Translations under genes and position numbers: made by a program
The notes under the pieces: model-generated
The model's database searches: none
What the model saw: only the letters and a program-made list of their open reading frames with translations
Told to the model about the DNA's origin: nothing
Shown here: positions 38,961-52,830 of the stretch, piece by piece
Numbering within the stretch: the first letter of the stretch is position 1
Layout: every line of letters begins with the position of its first letter
From: Octopus sinensis
Taxonomy: Eukaryota
Reading direction: 5' to 3'
Assembly: GCF_006345805.1 (NCBI RefSeq)
Contig: NC_043015.1
Coordinates: forward strand, 20,212,001-20,276,000
Length of the DNA: 64,000 nucleotides

Positions 38961-39959
38961 ACATTGCGATAAACTGGGAAGGGGTGACGTCAGAGACTCA
39001 ATTGAAAAGCTCTTTAAGAAGCAGGCAACAGCTTGAAGAAAAAAAAGGTGAGCACAAGAAAAATGGAGAAAGGATGGGACATAGAGATGGTTGTTGGAGG
39101 AGAGGAGTGTTGAAAGTTGATTAAAAATTAAAAAATAGTAATAAATAAAAGGACAGTAACTATGAAATACTAGGTGGACCAAATGTCACTAAATATAACA
39201 ATTCAGTTGGTACAACTGGGGAATCTGTTCGACTATGGCGAAAGATCATAATATGCAGCAAGACCTCGTTGCTTTTGGTCCACCCCGTATGTCGAACAGG
39301 TTTAACCTTTTAGGGTTGTTGATATTTAATCAACGTGTTTGTCCAGGTCACTTGAACCGGAAAAAACAGAAATTTGAAAATTTATTATTTTTGATAGAGA
39401 AATGCTGAATTTTAAAAATGGTTTGGCAATCTGAATTGCTTTATGAAGATATTCGTCTCTTCGCAAACTTCCGGGCACGTATTGACGATCCTCGTGTTTT
39501 AAAAAGCTAAAGTGTGGAAGACTGTGATACATTTAAAGTATGGTAGCATTTGATATATTTAAAATATCAGAAACTGTGGTATATTTAAAATATGGAAGAT
39601 TGTAATGTATTTACAGTAGGGAAGAATGTAATATATGTAAATGGTGGAAGATTTATTTAATTATGGAAAATATATTTCAGACCACGTGAAGCTGCATTAT
39701 ACGAGGCTAATATGTTTAAACTATTGCAGACAGTTACATAATCAAAATATGGAAGACTGTAACATCTTCAAAGAATCGGAGACTGAATATAAAGTATGGA
39801 AGACTAATATATTGAAAGCTTAGAAAAGTAACATACTTTCAAGTACCCTAATTAATGTTGACGGGTGCTACTCTGGCCCGAAAAGAATAGGGGAAAATAA
39901 TAATAATGTCTTATTTTGGATATTTATACTATTTAGAAATTGTTTAATAATCCTTCGTT

Positions 39960-40350
39960 ATTTTAGCACAGGGACAGATTTTTTGAGGGGTGGGGAAATC
40001 GATTATACCGACTCCAGTACTCGATTGATACTTACGTTACCAACCCCGGAAGAATAAGAGGTTAAGTCTACCTCGGCGGAATTTGAACTCAGAATGTAAT
40101 GGCAGACGAAATACCTATTTCTTTACTACCCACAAGGGGCTAAACAAAGAGAGGACAAACAAGGACAGACAAACGGATTATGTCGATTATATCGACTCCA
40201 GTGTGTAACTGGTACTTATTTAATCGACCCTGAAAGGATGAAAGGCAAAGTCGACCTCAGCGGAATTTGAACTCAGAACGAAACTTCAGACGAAATACGG
40301 CTACGCATTTTGCCCGGCGCGCCAACGTTTCTGCCAGCTCGCTGCCTTCA
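39960..40350 (-). mobile_element. SINE family B dimer
   Basis: Same internal junction as the other dimers. Confidence 0.85.
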
Positions 40351-40976
40351 AAATTTTATAATAATTAAAATGATTTTTTGCAGATTTATTTAAAATGATA
40401 AAGAATGATGACGTCAAAAGAAGAAAGAAAAAGAAGGAAAGAACAACGAAATATAACAAACTGTCACATCAATGTATCGAATGTAGTTGATACTAACTGA
40501 AATAGATTGTAAAGTGCAAAACTATTGATTGCAGTCCTGGCCATAATTAGCTAATTAATTGGCCGGAAATAAATACGTTTGGTATAAGGCTCTTATTAAG
40601 ATAGAAGGGATTGGCGGGAAAATTTGTTTGTCTGCCTGTATATCTGTTTATTTGCATTTAATTTGCACGTACACAAACGAATATATATATATATATAAAA
40701 CACACAGTATGGTTTTTCTATCAAACAATTCTCCATAAGAAATTCTGTGTATGATTGGATAATTCAACGTAAAACGCCCAGACGCCAAAAATAAAATACA
40801 ACAAATTCTAGACTGTTAAATTACAGGGCATCGCATATTTGATCTGGCCATGTCTTTTAAGACTGTCGCTACTCTATTCTAAGACACTTTTCCTTTAGCA
40901 GACTTTCGAGAGAATAAAAATCACGTAAATAGGTTTGTGATAAATATGGTGTTATCATACGACTTTTTTTTTCCGG

Positions 40977-41088
<112 letters not shown>

Positions 41089-41394
41089 ATCTTGACGAAA
41101 TCTCCTTCTAGCTGACCGAATGTTAAATGGCAGCAGTAATTTTTCCCTTTTTTCCACTACATATATGTAATGTTTATACATTAACTTGACTGTGTGCGTA
41201 TAATTAGGACTTCGCTTCGAGAGGAAGTCTAATTTTTTTGTGATAAACTCTCACACACACGAACTCACACACATACACATTTTGTGCGGACGCACATTGT
41301 GAGAGTGTATCTTTGATGCAGGTCTGAGGAAGAGGTATTCTAATGTTTAAAACTGTAAATATTACGTAAATTTTCATCTTGAACTTTCGCAGAG

Positions 41395-41585
41395 TTGGTA
41401 CAGAAACAGAGTGAGAGAAAGAGTACAGCGGGGTTCACCACCACATACCCCCGCTGGAGCCTCGTGGAACTTAGGTGTTTTTGCTCAATAAACATTCACA
41501 ATGCCCGGTCTGGGAATCGAAACCGCGTTCTTACGACAGCGAGTCCGCTATCCTAACCACTGGGCCATTGCGCCTCCACACTGCT
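41395..41585 (-). mobile_element. tRNA-derived SINE family D, 5' part
   Basis: Minus strand: gcgcaaTGGCCCAGTGGttagg...GGTTTCGATTCCcagaccggg. Confidence 0.7.
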
Positions 41586-41955
41586 GAGGTTGTTCTGCGT
41601 TAATAACGACAACGACGAGGAGGAGGAGGAAAATAGTGAAAGTAGCAATGGACATGACGCTGATGACGATGACGGCATATCTTATAAAAATGGAAATATT
41701 TTATATGTATGTATAGCATCATGCATGAATTTATTTTTGCATGGCTTTGAAAAGATGCAGATGCTGTTTATAGTGTGTTGCTTTGTTTCATAATTAGCGC
41801 TTTATTGAGAAGAATCGATAAAATAAGTATGAAGTTGATGTAAGAACTAGGATCAATATGATTGATGAAACTCTTCAAGGCCGTGTCCCAGCGAAAGGAA
41901 AAAACACCAAATGAACGACAAAAAAAATGTTAATGCATATAGACGCTTTTTCACA

Positions 41956-41986
<31 letters not shown>

Positions 41987-42249
41987 GCGCACAAGCATCT
42001 TCTGACCAGATAATGTGCATGTATGAGGCATCGTATTCATCATCATTACTGACGCTGACGTCATCAGCAGCAACTTCTCCATTGCCACTTCCACCATTGT
42101 CCTTTTCCCCCCTTCTCATTTTGACGTACAACACTAGCAAACGCCGGTATTGGCTGTCCCCGTGAATGTATTGTGAATGTATTAAAACCCAAGCTGTGTG
42201 TGTATGTATGTATGTCTCTCTCCTTCTCTCTATATATATATATATATGC

Positions 42250-42495
42250 GCCCTTTTCAAGCCTAGCCAAGTTCATGGGCCTGGTTTCCCGGTTTCTACG
42301 GCGTATGGGTTCCCCCCAACTGGACGGGACGCCAGTCCATCGCAGCGTTACTCAAGAAACAGGAAGAAAGTGAGAGAAAGTTGGGGCAAAAGAGTACAAC
42401 AGGGGTCGCCGGAGCCTCGTCGAGCTTTAGGTGTTTTCGCTCAATAAACATACTCAGCGCCACTGTCCTAACCACTGGGCCATTGTGCCTCCACA
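42250..42495 (-). mobile_element. SINE family D copy with V/Meta-like gatggactggcgtcccgtccag motif
   Basis: Shares head and gtttattgagc.aaaacacctaa with 41395-41585; B box deleted. Confidence 0.65.
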
Positions 42496-43264
42496 ACACA
42501 CACACACACACACACACACAATGTTGTATATCAGTATACAGTATGCATGTATAATGTGTGTAAATTATGTGTGTATGTGTGTGTGTGTGTGTGTAGCTGA
42601 AAATTTTGTAAAGTATCTGTAAAATGTGTATGTGTATACATTTTGATAGATGCTGAAATTCTATATATCATAACAGCGAGATTTGCCTGGTATGCGGTCA
42701 CCTGGTGCTTTCCTCTGATAAGTTTCAAGAGAACGAAATCACGTGATATGGGAATCCCGGCGCCCATGGCAGACGAGTTTCGTCTGCTACTAACTCTGTG
42801 CGGAGATTTAAGCGCCAAGCGCCTACACGAGAGGCTCTCTCAACGACCAATCGCACAGCGTTTGGTTTACTAACAAGGTGTCCATGTTTGATATATAGAT
42901 TACCTTATATCTATGTAAAAGCGAAAACTTGAGGTGCCTTTAAGCTACTAAAGGTTTTCTCTCGCCTATGCCTTCCTGAGTCTGAAGAAAAGGAAGGTTA
43001 AAAATATCTGAGAGAGAAAAACAAGCAGTGCAGGCGTTGTCAAGTGATTCAGCTGCTCAAAAATGTTTCAGCGACTCAAAACTCGAACGGGTTCCCGCAT
43101 CATTTATAGGCGTGAAGGATGATATAGTTGAGTTAATCTAGGGAGGTCATACATTTTGTCCCATCAGAGCATTCATACTTATTCTCTCCGTAATACACAC
43201 ACACACACACACACACAGAGTGTGTAAGGTATTTAAAAGGTATCATATAGATATACACCGATAT

Positions 43265-43529
43265 ATGTGTGTGCGTGCATATGTGTATGTGTGTGTATAT
43301 ATATATATATAAATGTGTTTATACATATATATATGAATGTGTATATATATATATACATGTATATGTATATATGTGTGTCTATGTGTATAAATATGTATGC
43401 ATATGTCTATATATATATGTGTATATATACTTGTCTATATATATATGTGTGTATATATATATCTATATATGTGTATATATATATGTATATAAATGCGTGT
43501 ATATGTGTGTGTGTATATATATATGCATA

Positions 43530-43572
<43 letters not shown>

Positions 43573-43653
43573 GTGTGTGTGTGTGTATATATATATATGT
43601 GTGTGTGTGTGTGTAAATATGTAGGTGTGTATGTATATATATATATATAATAT

Positions 43654-43712
<59 letters not shown>
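43265..43712. repeat. Compound (TA)/(TG) microsatellite field
   Basis: Direct low-complexity repeats. Confidence 0.93.
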
Positions 43713-43714
<2 letters not shown>

Positions 43715-44105
43715 CTTTATTGTCCACAGGGGGCTAAACATAGAGGGGGAAAAGAAGGACAAAGGGATTAAGTCGATTACATCGACCCCAGTGCGTACCT
43801 GGTACTTATTTAATCGACCCTAAAAGATGAAAGGCAAAGTCGACCTTGGCGGAATGTGAACTCAGAACGTAACGACAGACGAAATATCTATTTCTTTACT
43901 ACCCAGAAGGGGCTAAACACATAGAGGACAAACAAGAACAGACAAACGGATTAAGTCGATTATGTCGACCCCAGTGCGTAACTGGTACTTAATTTATCGA
44001 CCCCGAAAGGATGAAAGGCAAAGTCGACCTCGGCGGAATTTGAACTCAGAACATAAAAACAGACGAAATATCGCTAAGCATTTCGCCCTGCAGGCAAACG
44101 ATCCT
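43715..44105 (-). mobile_element. SINE family B dimer
   Basis: Two cores with the conserved junction. Confidence 0.85.
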
Positions 44106-44107
44106 GT

Positions 44108-44157
<50 letters not shown>

Positions 44158-44450
44158 GTATATATATATGTGTGTGTGTCTGTGTGTATATATATATGTG
44201 TATATACATATGTGTATATATATATATGGGTGTGTGTGTAATATATATATATATATAGCGTATGTGTGGTAAGGTATTTAAGGTATCATAAATATGCACC
44301 ATAGCATGTAATTTTCCCCCAGTCGTAGTCATTTCGAATTTTATTCGTGTGCCTCTCCTTTAGCATTTAAATAATAATATTTTAAACCTTTAATTTGGTA
44401 CAAATTTGTTATTACACATTTTAAATATTATCTTTATTACTGTGCTTTAT

Positions 44451-44496
44451 GGCAGTCTGACGAAGGCGTGAAATCCGAAACTTCGAAGTCGCTCTC
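44451..44496 (+). ncRNA. Type I minimal hammerhead ribozyme (Penelope-type)
   Basis: CAGU-CUGACGA-A-GG[8 nt]CC-GAAA-CUUCGAAG-UC|GCU; GUC cleavage triplet at 44488-44490. Confidence 0.7.
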
Positions 44497-44954
44497 AAAT
44501 ATTTTTTTGGATAATTGATGTGAATTTTACTAAAGAGTATTAAGTAATCCTTCAGTTAAATGTTAAATTCCTATGTGTAACTTAACATAAACACACACAC
44601 ACACCACACACAGACGTCTTATATATTTTAGAAAAACTTCCTCAGAGGTAAAGGAGAAAATTTTCATTGTCCTTTAAAATGTACAGCCTGGTACAGCTAC
44701 CCGGTGTTGCCCAGGCGACTGGCAGTTTGAACGCCCAAGATAGTAGAGTAGCTACTCTGGAGACCTTGAGCGCGATAGTGAGGGGGAGGGGGAAGTGTAT
44801 GAAGGATGTGGTGGAGAGATGGATTGAAAGAAAGAGCGGGGAGATGTAACGTATATCAAGACCTTCAATTGGGCTCTACGGCCCTTTCAGTTCTTGGCTG
44901 GTTTATATTAATATCGAAGGGACTCTTGAATTAACCTTCGCGCGCTCGCGCAAG

Positions 44955-45170
44955 GCAGTGCCCTGGCAGAATCGTTAGTGCACCGGACAAAGAGCTTAGC
45001 GACATTTCTTCCGGCCCTTTACGTTCTGACTTGAAATTCCGCAGAGTTCGACTTTGCGATTCCTCATTTTGTGGTCGATAAAATAATTACCAGTCGAATA
45101 CTGGGGCCGATGTAATCGACTTAACCCCTACTCCAACATTATCAGGCCCTGTACCTACAGCAGAAAGAAT
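44955..45170 (+). mobile_element. SINE family B monomer
   Basis: ctggcagaatcgttag...gtcgataaaataattaccag. Confidence 0.75.
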
Positions 45171-45693
45171 CATATATACATCTGTGTATACTATGATATC
45201 ACACTATTATACACACGTAGGTATACTATCACACCATTTGCTATTATCATAGTGCGATATCACACGCACTTTGCAGTGTGTGTGTGTGTGTGTGCATATA
45301 TTTGTGGTGTGTGTGTTTGTGTGTGTGTATATAATATATATATATATATATATATAATATATAATATATATATAATGTGCGTGTGTGTAATACCCTACAA
45401 CCATGTAATATCACCCATCATTTCAATACCGCAGTATCACACAGTAATATTATCACCCTACCGCAATATCACACTATTCTTCTTCTTTTTATTATTATTA
45501 TTACTATTACTATACCGCAATATCACATAGTAGTATCCAATGGAGAGTTGAATCGCCAATATATGATCAACGTCCTCGCTGGGAATTCGAATATTTATTT
45601 ATAGAACAGCTGATATAGAAGATATCGTATAACGGAATATCGGTTTGACGCATTGATATACTTAGTTGATGGTTTTGACATTCCTTCCTATTC

Positions 45694-45724
<31 letters not shown>

Positions 45725-46324
45725 TGTGTCATGTACGTATGTGTATGTTAATGTCTGTAGATTCGTGCATGTTTTGTATGTGTGTTAATAAGTATGTGTA
45801 CTCATGTATGTTAAGTGTGGGTGTGTAAGCGGGTGTATATGTACGTTGGGTCTATATGGGTGTGTGTATATGTGTAAGGACATATGCGGGTGTATATGCG
45901 TGTGTATATGGGGTGAGTATATAGAGTGTATAAGTTAGTGTATATATGTATATATATATATGAATGCAAGTATATATGTGATTAGGCATATGAATCTGTG
46001 TATGTGCGTATTTGTGTGGGTGTATATCTATACTTGAATATATCTATATACATACGAGTGTGGGCGAGTATGTATACACGTGCTCATTTTTGAATGTGTA
46101 AACATTTCTGCGCGTGTATATATATATATATACATACACATACACACACAAAAAATGGAAACTTAGTGTGGTAATTCTCACCTTCAAACGTATCCTACCT
46201 AACATTGTGAACTACCAACGACAGCAATGACCAGGCCCGCTAAAATGATGACCCACTAAAGCCTGAGGCTAAACAATGTCAACCACCAATCCACCTATTA
46301 GCTTCTCTATATTTTGTTTTCTTT

Positions 46325-46520
46325 TTAAAATAGGCACAGGGCTTGAAATTTTGTAGGCAGGGGCTTCTCTACTGCATCGATTCCAGTTCTTAACTGGTAC
46401 CTATTTTATCGACTCCAAAAATCTGAAAGGCAAAGCCGACCTCAGTTACATTTGAACTCAGGGCATAAAACCGGAAGAGATGCCGCTAAGTATTTTGTCC
46501 GGCGTGATAACGACCTACCT
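46325..46520 (-). mobile_element. SINE family B monomer
   Basis: Reverse-complement family B core. Confidence 0.7.
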
Positions 46521-47329
46521 CCTTGCTGCTTTGAGCTGCTCTGTATTGAAAAATGAAAGTTAAGTGTCGCTGTAAAACGAACTCTGATCTCCGCAACACA
46601 AACGATCTGAAATTATTTGAGTCTGCAATACGATTGTAAAGGAATATTGTTCCAAGATTAGCAGAAAACATTATACTACGAACACAAGAATTAAAGCCGT
46701 TGGAGAACTGTGTGTATAAAGACAAAAAGACAAGGAATAGTGATCGTTCACGGGAGATTGCTTGTTTAAATATTTAAAAGAAGAAAATGGATAAGGAAAT
46801 TGATATGTCAGAGTTGACTTGCCATATTGAAGAGGAAGAAATTCTTGATAGAAATTATTCAAGGATGACAAGACGAGAAAAAGGAAAAACAAAACCCATT
46901 CATAATTAGTATTACCATATTTTAATACAATGAATATAAAAAAAACTCAAAACAATCTTATTTGAAATAACTATGCAGTGACGTAATGGCAATATTAGTA
47001 AACGCCAAATACGGATAGTAACTCCAGAAATGCTTCGTTCTTATTAGTCTTCCTCAGCGAAACAAACCTTATCTTACTTGCTGATATATTGACGAGAGAA
47101 TCACTAACATGATGTGCGATATTTTCGCTCAAATAGGAACAGAAAATTAGCATATTTTAGAAAATTAATTCCTGGGAGACATTATTCAGATACACCATTC
47201 ACATAAATGAAAATACTCTAATTCATTTTTCCATATTTAATGCAGAAAGCATTAAAACACTAATTCAAAATAATTATACTGTATGCAGATAGCGTCCCTG
47301 GATAATATTTCTTAATTTATTGTCTAAAC

Positions 47330-49859
47330 CAGCGCTTCTTACACATTTTTCATCACGAGATTTTTCGCGATCCGAGGTATTAAAATATGAAATAAAACAT
47401 ACAAATAAATACATAGATCTTTTATTTATTTATGTATTTTTTTGCTGAACAATATACATATAAAAAAAAGTAGTTATGTTATTTGTCAAAATAAAAGTAG
47501 TTTTAGGATTTGTTTCAAGTACAAAAATAAAAAACCAAAGTAAAAAAAAAAAAACCAAAGTAAAAACCAATATGGTGGATGTGCTTGTTATTTGCTGCAT
47601 AGCAAATTAAACCTTGGTGTAATATTTGATACTGCTGGAGGTAAAGCATCTTTTGATACTGCTGGAGGTAAAGCATCTTTTGATACTGCTGGAGGTAAAG
47701 CATCTTCTACATATTTCAGCGTTGAACGATATTTGGTTTTAATAAGGATTATAACTGAAAAAGTCGTTTCACACAGGTTTGTGGTGCTAAACAACAAAAG
47801 AACACGTAATGCCATTTCAGAAATTGTGAGTAATTCAGCTTTAGTTTCGATCCCGGCTTCAGTCAAAGATTAATTTGTAAATTCAGGTTTCAAATTTGAG
47901 TCACCCGATAGCTCAGCGAATTCCTCTTGGGCTTTATACGGCAGATGATTGATATCATCAATGTCAATTGAAAATGGTTTCTGAATCTAAGATAACTTTT
48001 TGAAATTAAAATTCGATTTGAAGTATTTGCGAAACTGTATTTCTAAGATATTTAAGTGGTCTCTAATAATTGTAGCAATTAAAGTTTAACAATTATTCTT
48101 TTCAATTATAAAATCGCCGGTAACCGGAAACATTTCGAATGAATCATTTTTCACCCTATTCTTCCAAATGTTGATCTTTTTAATAAAACCCTCAATTTTA
48201 TCATTCGAAGTAAATATATCGCTTTTCTTTCCTTGAAGAAACACATTGAGATCGTTTAGTTTCTCAAAAATATCTGACAAACAGCATAAATTTGAAAGCC
48301 ATTAAGTCATTTTGAAAAAGAGCAGCAAGATCAGATTTTTTTCGGTTAAAAATATAATTTCGTCTTTTAACAACAATAATCTATTTAAACTTTGCCCTCT
48401 TGACAGCCTCCTTACTCCTGTGTATATTAATAAGTTTTGGTATTCTGAGTCCATGTCTTTACAGAGATTCGAAATTAAACATCTGCTAAGGGCACGGCTT
48501 TTAATAAAATTTATAATTTTGATAACATCCTGAAGCACATCGTTTAATTCTGGTGCTAATTGTTTTTGCTGCAAGGGCCTCTCCATGGATTATACAGCGT
48601 ATAAAAGTTACACGATTATTACCAGCGGCTTTGACAAACTATTTAAAACCAATATTTTCGCCCGTCATCGCTTTTGCATCATCTGTACATACTTCAATAC
48701 ATTTTTACTATTCCAAACCTACCGTTTTAAAGAATCCAACTTTACTATTTATGTCTTTCCCTCTTGTATGTTCTTCCAAAGGATGACAAAATAACAATTC
48801 TCCATTAGCGTTTTCTGACGTAGATTAACAATTAAGCCATTTTTGAAATATCAGTTCTCTCGTTCAACCGAATTGCACATTTTGGGTTTTCTTTAAGTAA
48901 AGTAATGTTACTCAAACTGTTCGTTGCTAATTTCAGTCATTCTATTGGTGACAGTGTGGTTCGACAAAGGAATTTTCCGAATTTCATCACCATATTTACT
49001 TCCGTGAAGTATTTCTACCATCTTCATAGTAGCAAGTAATAAAAGTTCTCCCCCAGTGGTTTATGGGTTTAAAAAAAATTTTTTAGCAATTAGATATGAA
49101 ACTTCGCATGACGCTAATAAATATTTTTCGTTTATAGTCATAGATTTCTCAAAATTTTGTTTTTCTATATTTGAAGATATAAACAGCCTTTCAAAATATA
49201 TCTTTGGTTTATTGACGTACGAGGGATGTTTGGATTCAAGATGCCTTTTTCTTTTAATTATGAGGGTTTCATACTCTCCACGGCCGAAACGTTATTGCAA
49301 ATTAAACAAAGAGGTTGTTCCATACCACCGCTATTATCAAAAGTAAAGCCAAATTGGAGGAATGACTCGTCGTATTTTCTTTGTCGCGACTTAGGTGCCT
49401 CTCTCTGATTACTAGGTCATGCTTGAACAGACTTTGTAGCATTGCCATCTGCGTCATTACTTTTGTTGCTCAAGTTCAGCCATTTGTCCATGAGTAAAAA
49501 TATTTTTATTTTCAAATATAAATAAAATAAGGTTTCATAAAATAATTATTACGGAATTATTTAAACAACAACCGACCGCAATCGAATAAAATAGTAACAT
49601 GTATTGTTATTTATACACTTATTAAGATGAACACAATAAACCAACTACACAGAAAATACATACATTGTCACTGCACTGGTGGTAACGGCGCCGCACGCGC
49701 GTTTTATTACCGCAGCGCTTGCGTGGCGTATCACGTTAAATATTGTGCGTTTGTGAAATAAACTGAAATTCAAGTGTTTGAATTTAATTTTTGCGACTCC
49801 AGCACTTCGCGTCACGACCCCAAAATTTGGGATCGTGACCCATAGTTTAAAAAGCACTA
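47330..49859 (-). mobile_element. Full-length decayed hAT transposon, Buster/Charlie (ZBED5/SCAND3-like) group
   Basis: TIRs CAGCGCTTCTTACAC / TAGTGCTTTTTAAAC; identical 8-bp TSD GTCTAAAC (47322-47329, 49860-49867); BED finger RKYDESFLQFGF..PLCLIC..MKPS..HLESKH; LLIYTGVRRLSRG; dimerization domain STTNLCETTFS. Confidence 0.92.
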
Positions 49860-50249
49860 GTCTAAACTATTGTGCCAATTGTTAGGGCGTAGATACAATA
49901 TTGTCGTCTAATGCTCTTTTAATCGCTTAACGAGGAAGAAGAGCAGTGCCTATGACTCTTTGCAATGCCCCTGAGACTCGTAGGAGGCAGAAGGGTGTCC
50001 TCAAACTGGAGACAGGGCTCAAATGCATGCCACAGATTGGACTCGTTCGCTGAAGGCATCTCAAAGACCGGATGGTGGTGTTAAACCGAGTGATGGTTCA
50101 AGTTAGTGATTCTCTCACCTTGTCGGCAAGTATGAAGAAATCTCTTTTGGGCAAATGCTGTTGAAATCCATGCTTTTTTGAGGAGGTCTAAATCGACCAA
50201 AACGTAGCTGAAATTAACGTACTTACCGGAATAATTGAAATAAAAATTA

Positions 50250-50400
50250 GTCATTAGCAGGCGACGAATTGAGTCGTTAGTGCGTCGGATAGAACGCCAT
50301 GCAATATTAGTCCCGACACTGTGCGCTCTGAGTTCAAATTCCACTGAAGTCAGTTTATAATGGTGCAAGGCCACAGCGTTTGGTTGAAACAAGTAAAAGT
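50250..50400 (+). mobile_element. SINE family B head fragment
   Basis: ggcgacgaattgagtcgttag...ctgagttcaaattcc. Confidence 0.55.
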
Positions 50401-51036
50401 CGTTATCTGATATTGCCTTTTTCGCATAAGTATTTCTGATTAGCATCTTTTTAATTCACATTTTATTAGATATACTTAAAACTAAATTAACTTGAAGGAG
50501 CATGGTAAAAAGAAGAATGAAAATGGCGTGTCAGATAACTGTAAGATCAATTGCTGGCTTAATCATTACGCAAACTGTCTTAACTAATTCTTCCAAGGCC
50601 ACTACCGCGATTCTGGCAATATCTTGACAGATGAGTAGGCAGCCAGGTTGAAAGAAAAGACGGGAGTATGCGGATTTGCCGAACAACTTATTTAATTAAT
50701 AAATCTCTAGCTGTCTCAGGTAAAGCTGGTGACAGCATGACTTCATTGTAGAAAGGTCTTTGACTCCAATTCACATATCATGTTTGCTACAATCACTGTA
50801 TTTGCCAAAGATATCTGCAGACCGAATTGTCGTTATTGAAAAGCTGGCATCCCTAACCAGTGTTACTGTTGTTACTGGAAGCACGAGAGATTTATCTGAT
50901 GGGTGACTGTCTCTGATTCTCTGATGTGATAAGTTTCTTGAAATAGAAAAAAATTCTTCGGAAATAATATTTATTTTGCCAATTGTGATTTCTTTTTCAA
51001 AAAAAAAAAAAAAAAAGAAAAGAAAATCCAGTGGTA

Positions 51037-51443
51037 TATTGAGTAAAAACATTTTGCAATATTTTGGTAACTTATTTGCTTCATTCTTCAAATTGCAACC
51101 CGGAATAAACTCCAGGAACTTGAGGGAGGCGAACTGATGCCACACCCAGCATATATCCCGAACCTGGTTCCTTCGGATTATTACTTGTTCCGGTCCAAGG
51201 CTCACTTCCAGCGCTTGTGACGTTTCATCAATCGGGTGGAGGTGGAAGCTTCAGTGAAAGAGTTCTTCACCTCAAAGGACAAGAACTGGAAACAGTGTGA
51301 GATCAAAGAACTGGCAGAAAATTGGATTCAGACGGTGCAACAAGATGGCTTCTACTTTGAATGCTAGGCTGCTCTTGTTGCAACTTGAAGAACGAAGGAA
51401 ATAAGTCAACAAAATTATTGCAAAAATTTTGACTCAACGCAAT
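51037..51443 (+). mobile_element. Internally deleted mariner (DD34D-like) derivative with about 60-bp TIRs
   Basis: HPAYIPNLVPSDYYLFRS...QDGFYFE*; ends are imperfect reverse complements. Confidence 0.8.
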
Positions 51444-51450
51444 ATATATA

Positions 51451-51898
51451 TATCCAGTTAAGAAAATGGTGATAAGGAAATTAGCAATTATTTATTAATA
51501 ACAAATTGGTCATCTTCATTTCTTACAGCCGTTTCAATTGATGCTCAATAATTGAATTACAAATTTGTACATTAAATTTGTATTTATGTGACATGAGCAT
51601 AATTTCATCAGAGAGAATAAAAAATTACGTTAGGATGTTATATGTAGACCTAACAATTCATTTCAGTAGACTGAAATGAATTGACAGGTCCACATGTAAC
51701 ATTCCAAGGCTCTTTTATTTTTTTCTCTGATGAAATTATGTTCATGTCACATAAATGCAAATTTAATATACAAATTCGTAACTGAATTATTGAGTATTAA
51801 TTGAAACAGTTGTAAGAAGCGAAGATGACCAAATTGTTAATAATAAATAATTTCTAACTTCCTTATCTCCATTTTCTTTTCTTCTTCTAACTGGATAT
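51451..51898. mobile_element. About 450-bp fully palindromic foldback MITE
   Basis: Arms of about 220 bp around the centre catttcagtagactgaaatg; TA-rich flanks. Confidence 0.85.
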
Positions 51899-52025
51899 AA
51901 ACTATATGCTTAATATATACCTATTGTTTTAAGGGAATTTCATTCCCCATCAGTAACTAGGTATTGAACTAATATTTCCTTGGAAGCAGCCATCCCTTTA
52001 CGAGGTTAACATATTCTCCTGTTAA

Positions 52026-52095
<70 letters not shown>

Positions 52096-52279
52096 CGCAC
52101 TGGATACTAGATAACAGAATATTAGATAACAACGTGATTAAGTAACACAATGTACTCTTCAGAGATGGTAGGTATGGAAAAAATACGCCAGATCCACAAT
52201 ACTGTATAGTTTGATTAATAGTTTGATTTTGTACCCAAAAACCATACTATATTTTTTGCAGAAATTGACTATCCTATAT

Positions 52280-52830
52280 AATCTTTTCTACTCTAGGTAC
52301 AAGGACCGAAATTTTTTTTATGAGGAGGGGGACCAGTTGATTAGGTCAATCTCAGTACGCAACTGATACTTAATTTATCGATCCCGAAAAGATGAAAGGC
52401 AAAGTCGACTTCGGTGGAATTTGAACTCAGAACGTAAAGACAGACGAAATACCGCTAAGCATTTCGCCCTACGAGCTAACGTTTCTGCCAGCTCGATGCC
52501 TTTTGAATATTTTTTTCTACTCTTGGCACAAGAGCCGAAATTTTTTGGGGAAGGTACCAGTCGATTAGATCGTACGACTCTGAAAGACTGACGAAATACC
52601 TATTTCTTTACTACCCACAAGGGGCCAAACACAGAGAGGACAAACAAGGACAGACAAACGGATTAAGTCGATTACATCGACCCCAGTGCGTAACTGGTAC
52701 TTATTTAATCGACCCCGAAAGGATGAAAGGCAAAGTCGACCTCGGCGGAATTTGAACTCAGAACGTAGCGGGAGACGGAATACCGCTAAGCATTTCGCTG
52801 GGTGTGCCAGCGTTTCTGCCAGTTCATCAT
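52280..52830 (-). mobile_element. Cluster of family B SINE copies (monomer plus partial dimer)
   Basis: Reverse-complement cores at about 52370-52490 and 52590-52825. Confidence 0.82.

Noticed and set aside
42769-42787. Hairpin GCAGACGA/TCGTCTGC giving GAAAC..GUC on the minus strand
   Set aside because: No CUGANGA or helix I partner nearby
49253-49300. Hammerhead-like TATGAGGG...CCGAAACGTT
   Set aside because: It lacks CUGA and is simply the reverse complement of the hAT BED-finger coding sequence
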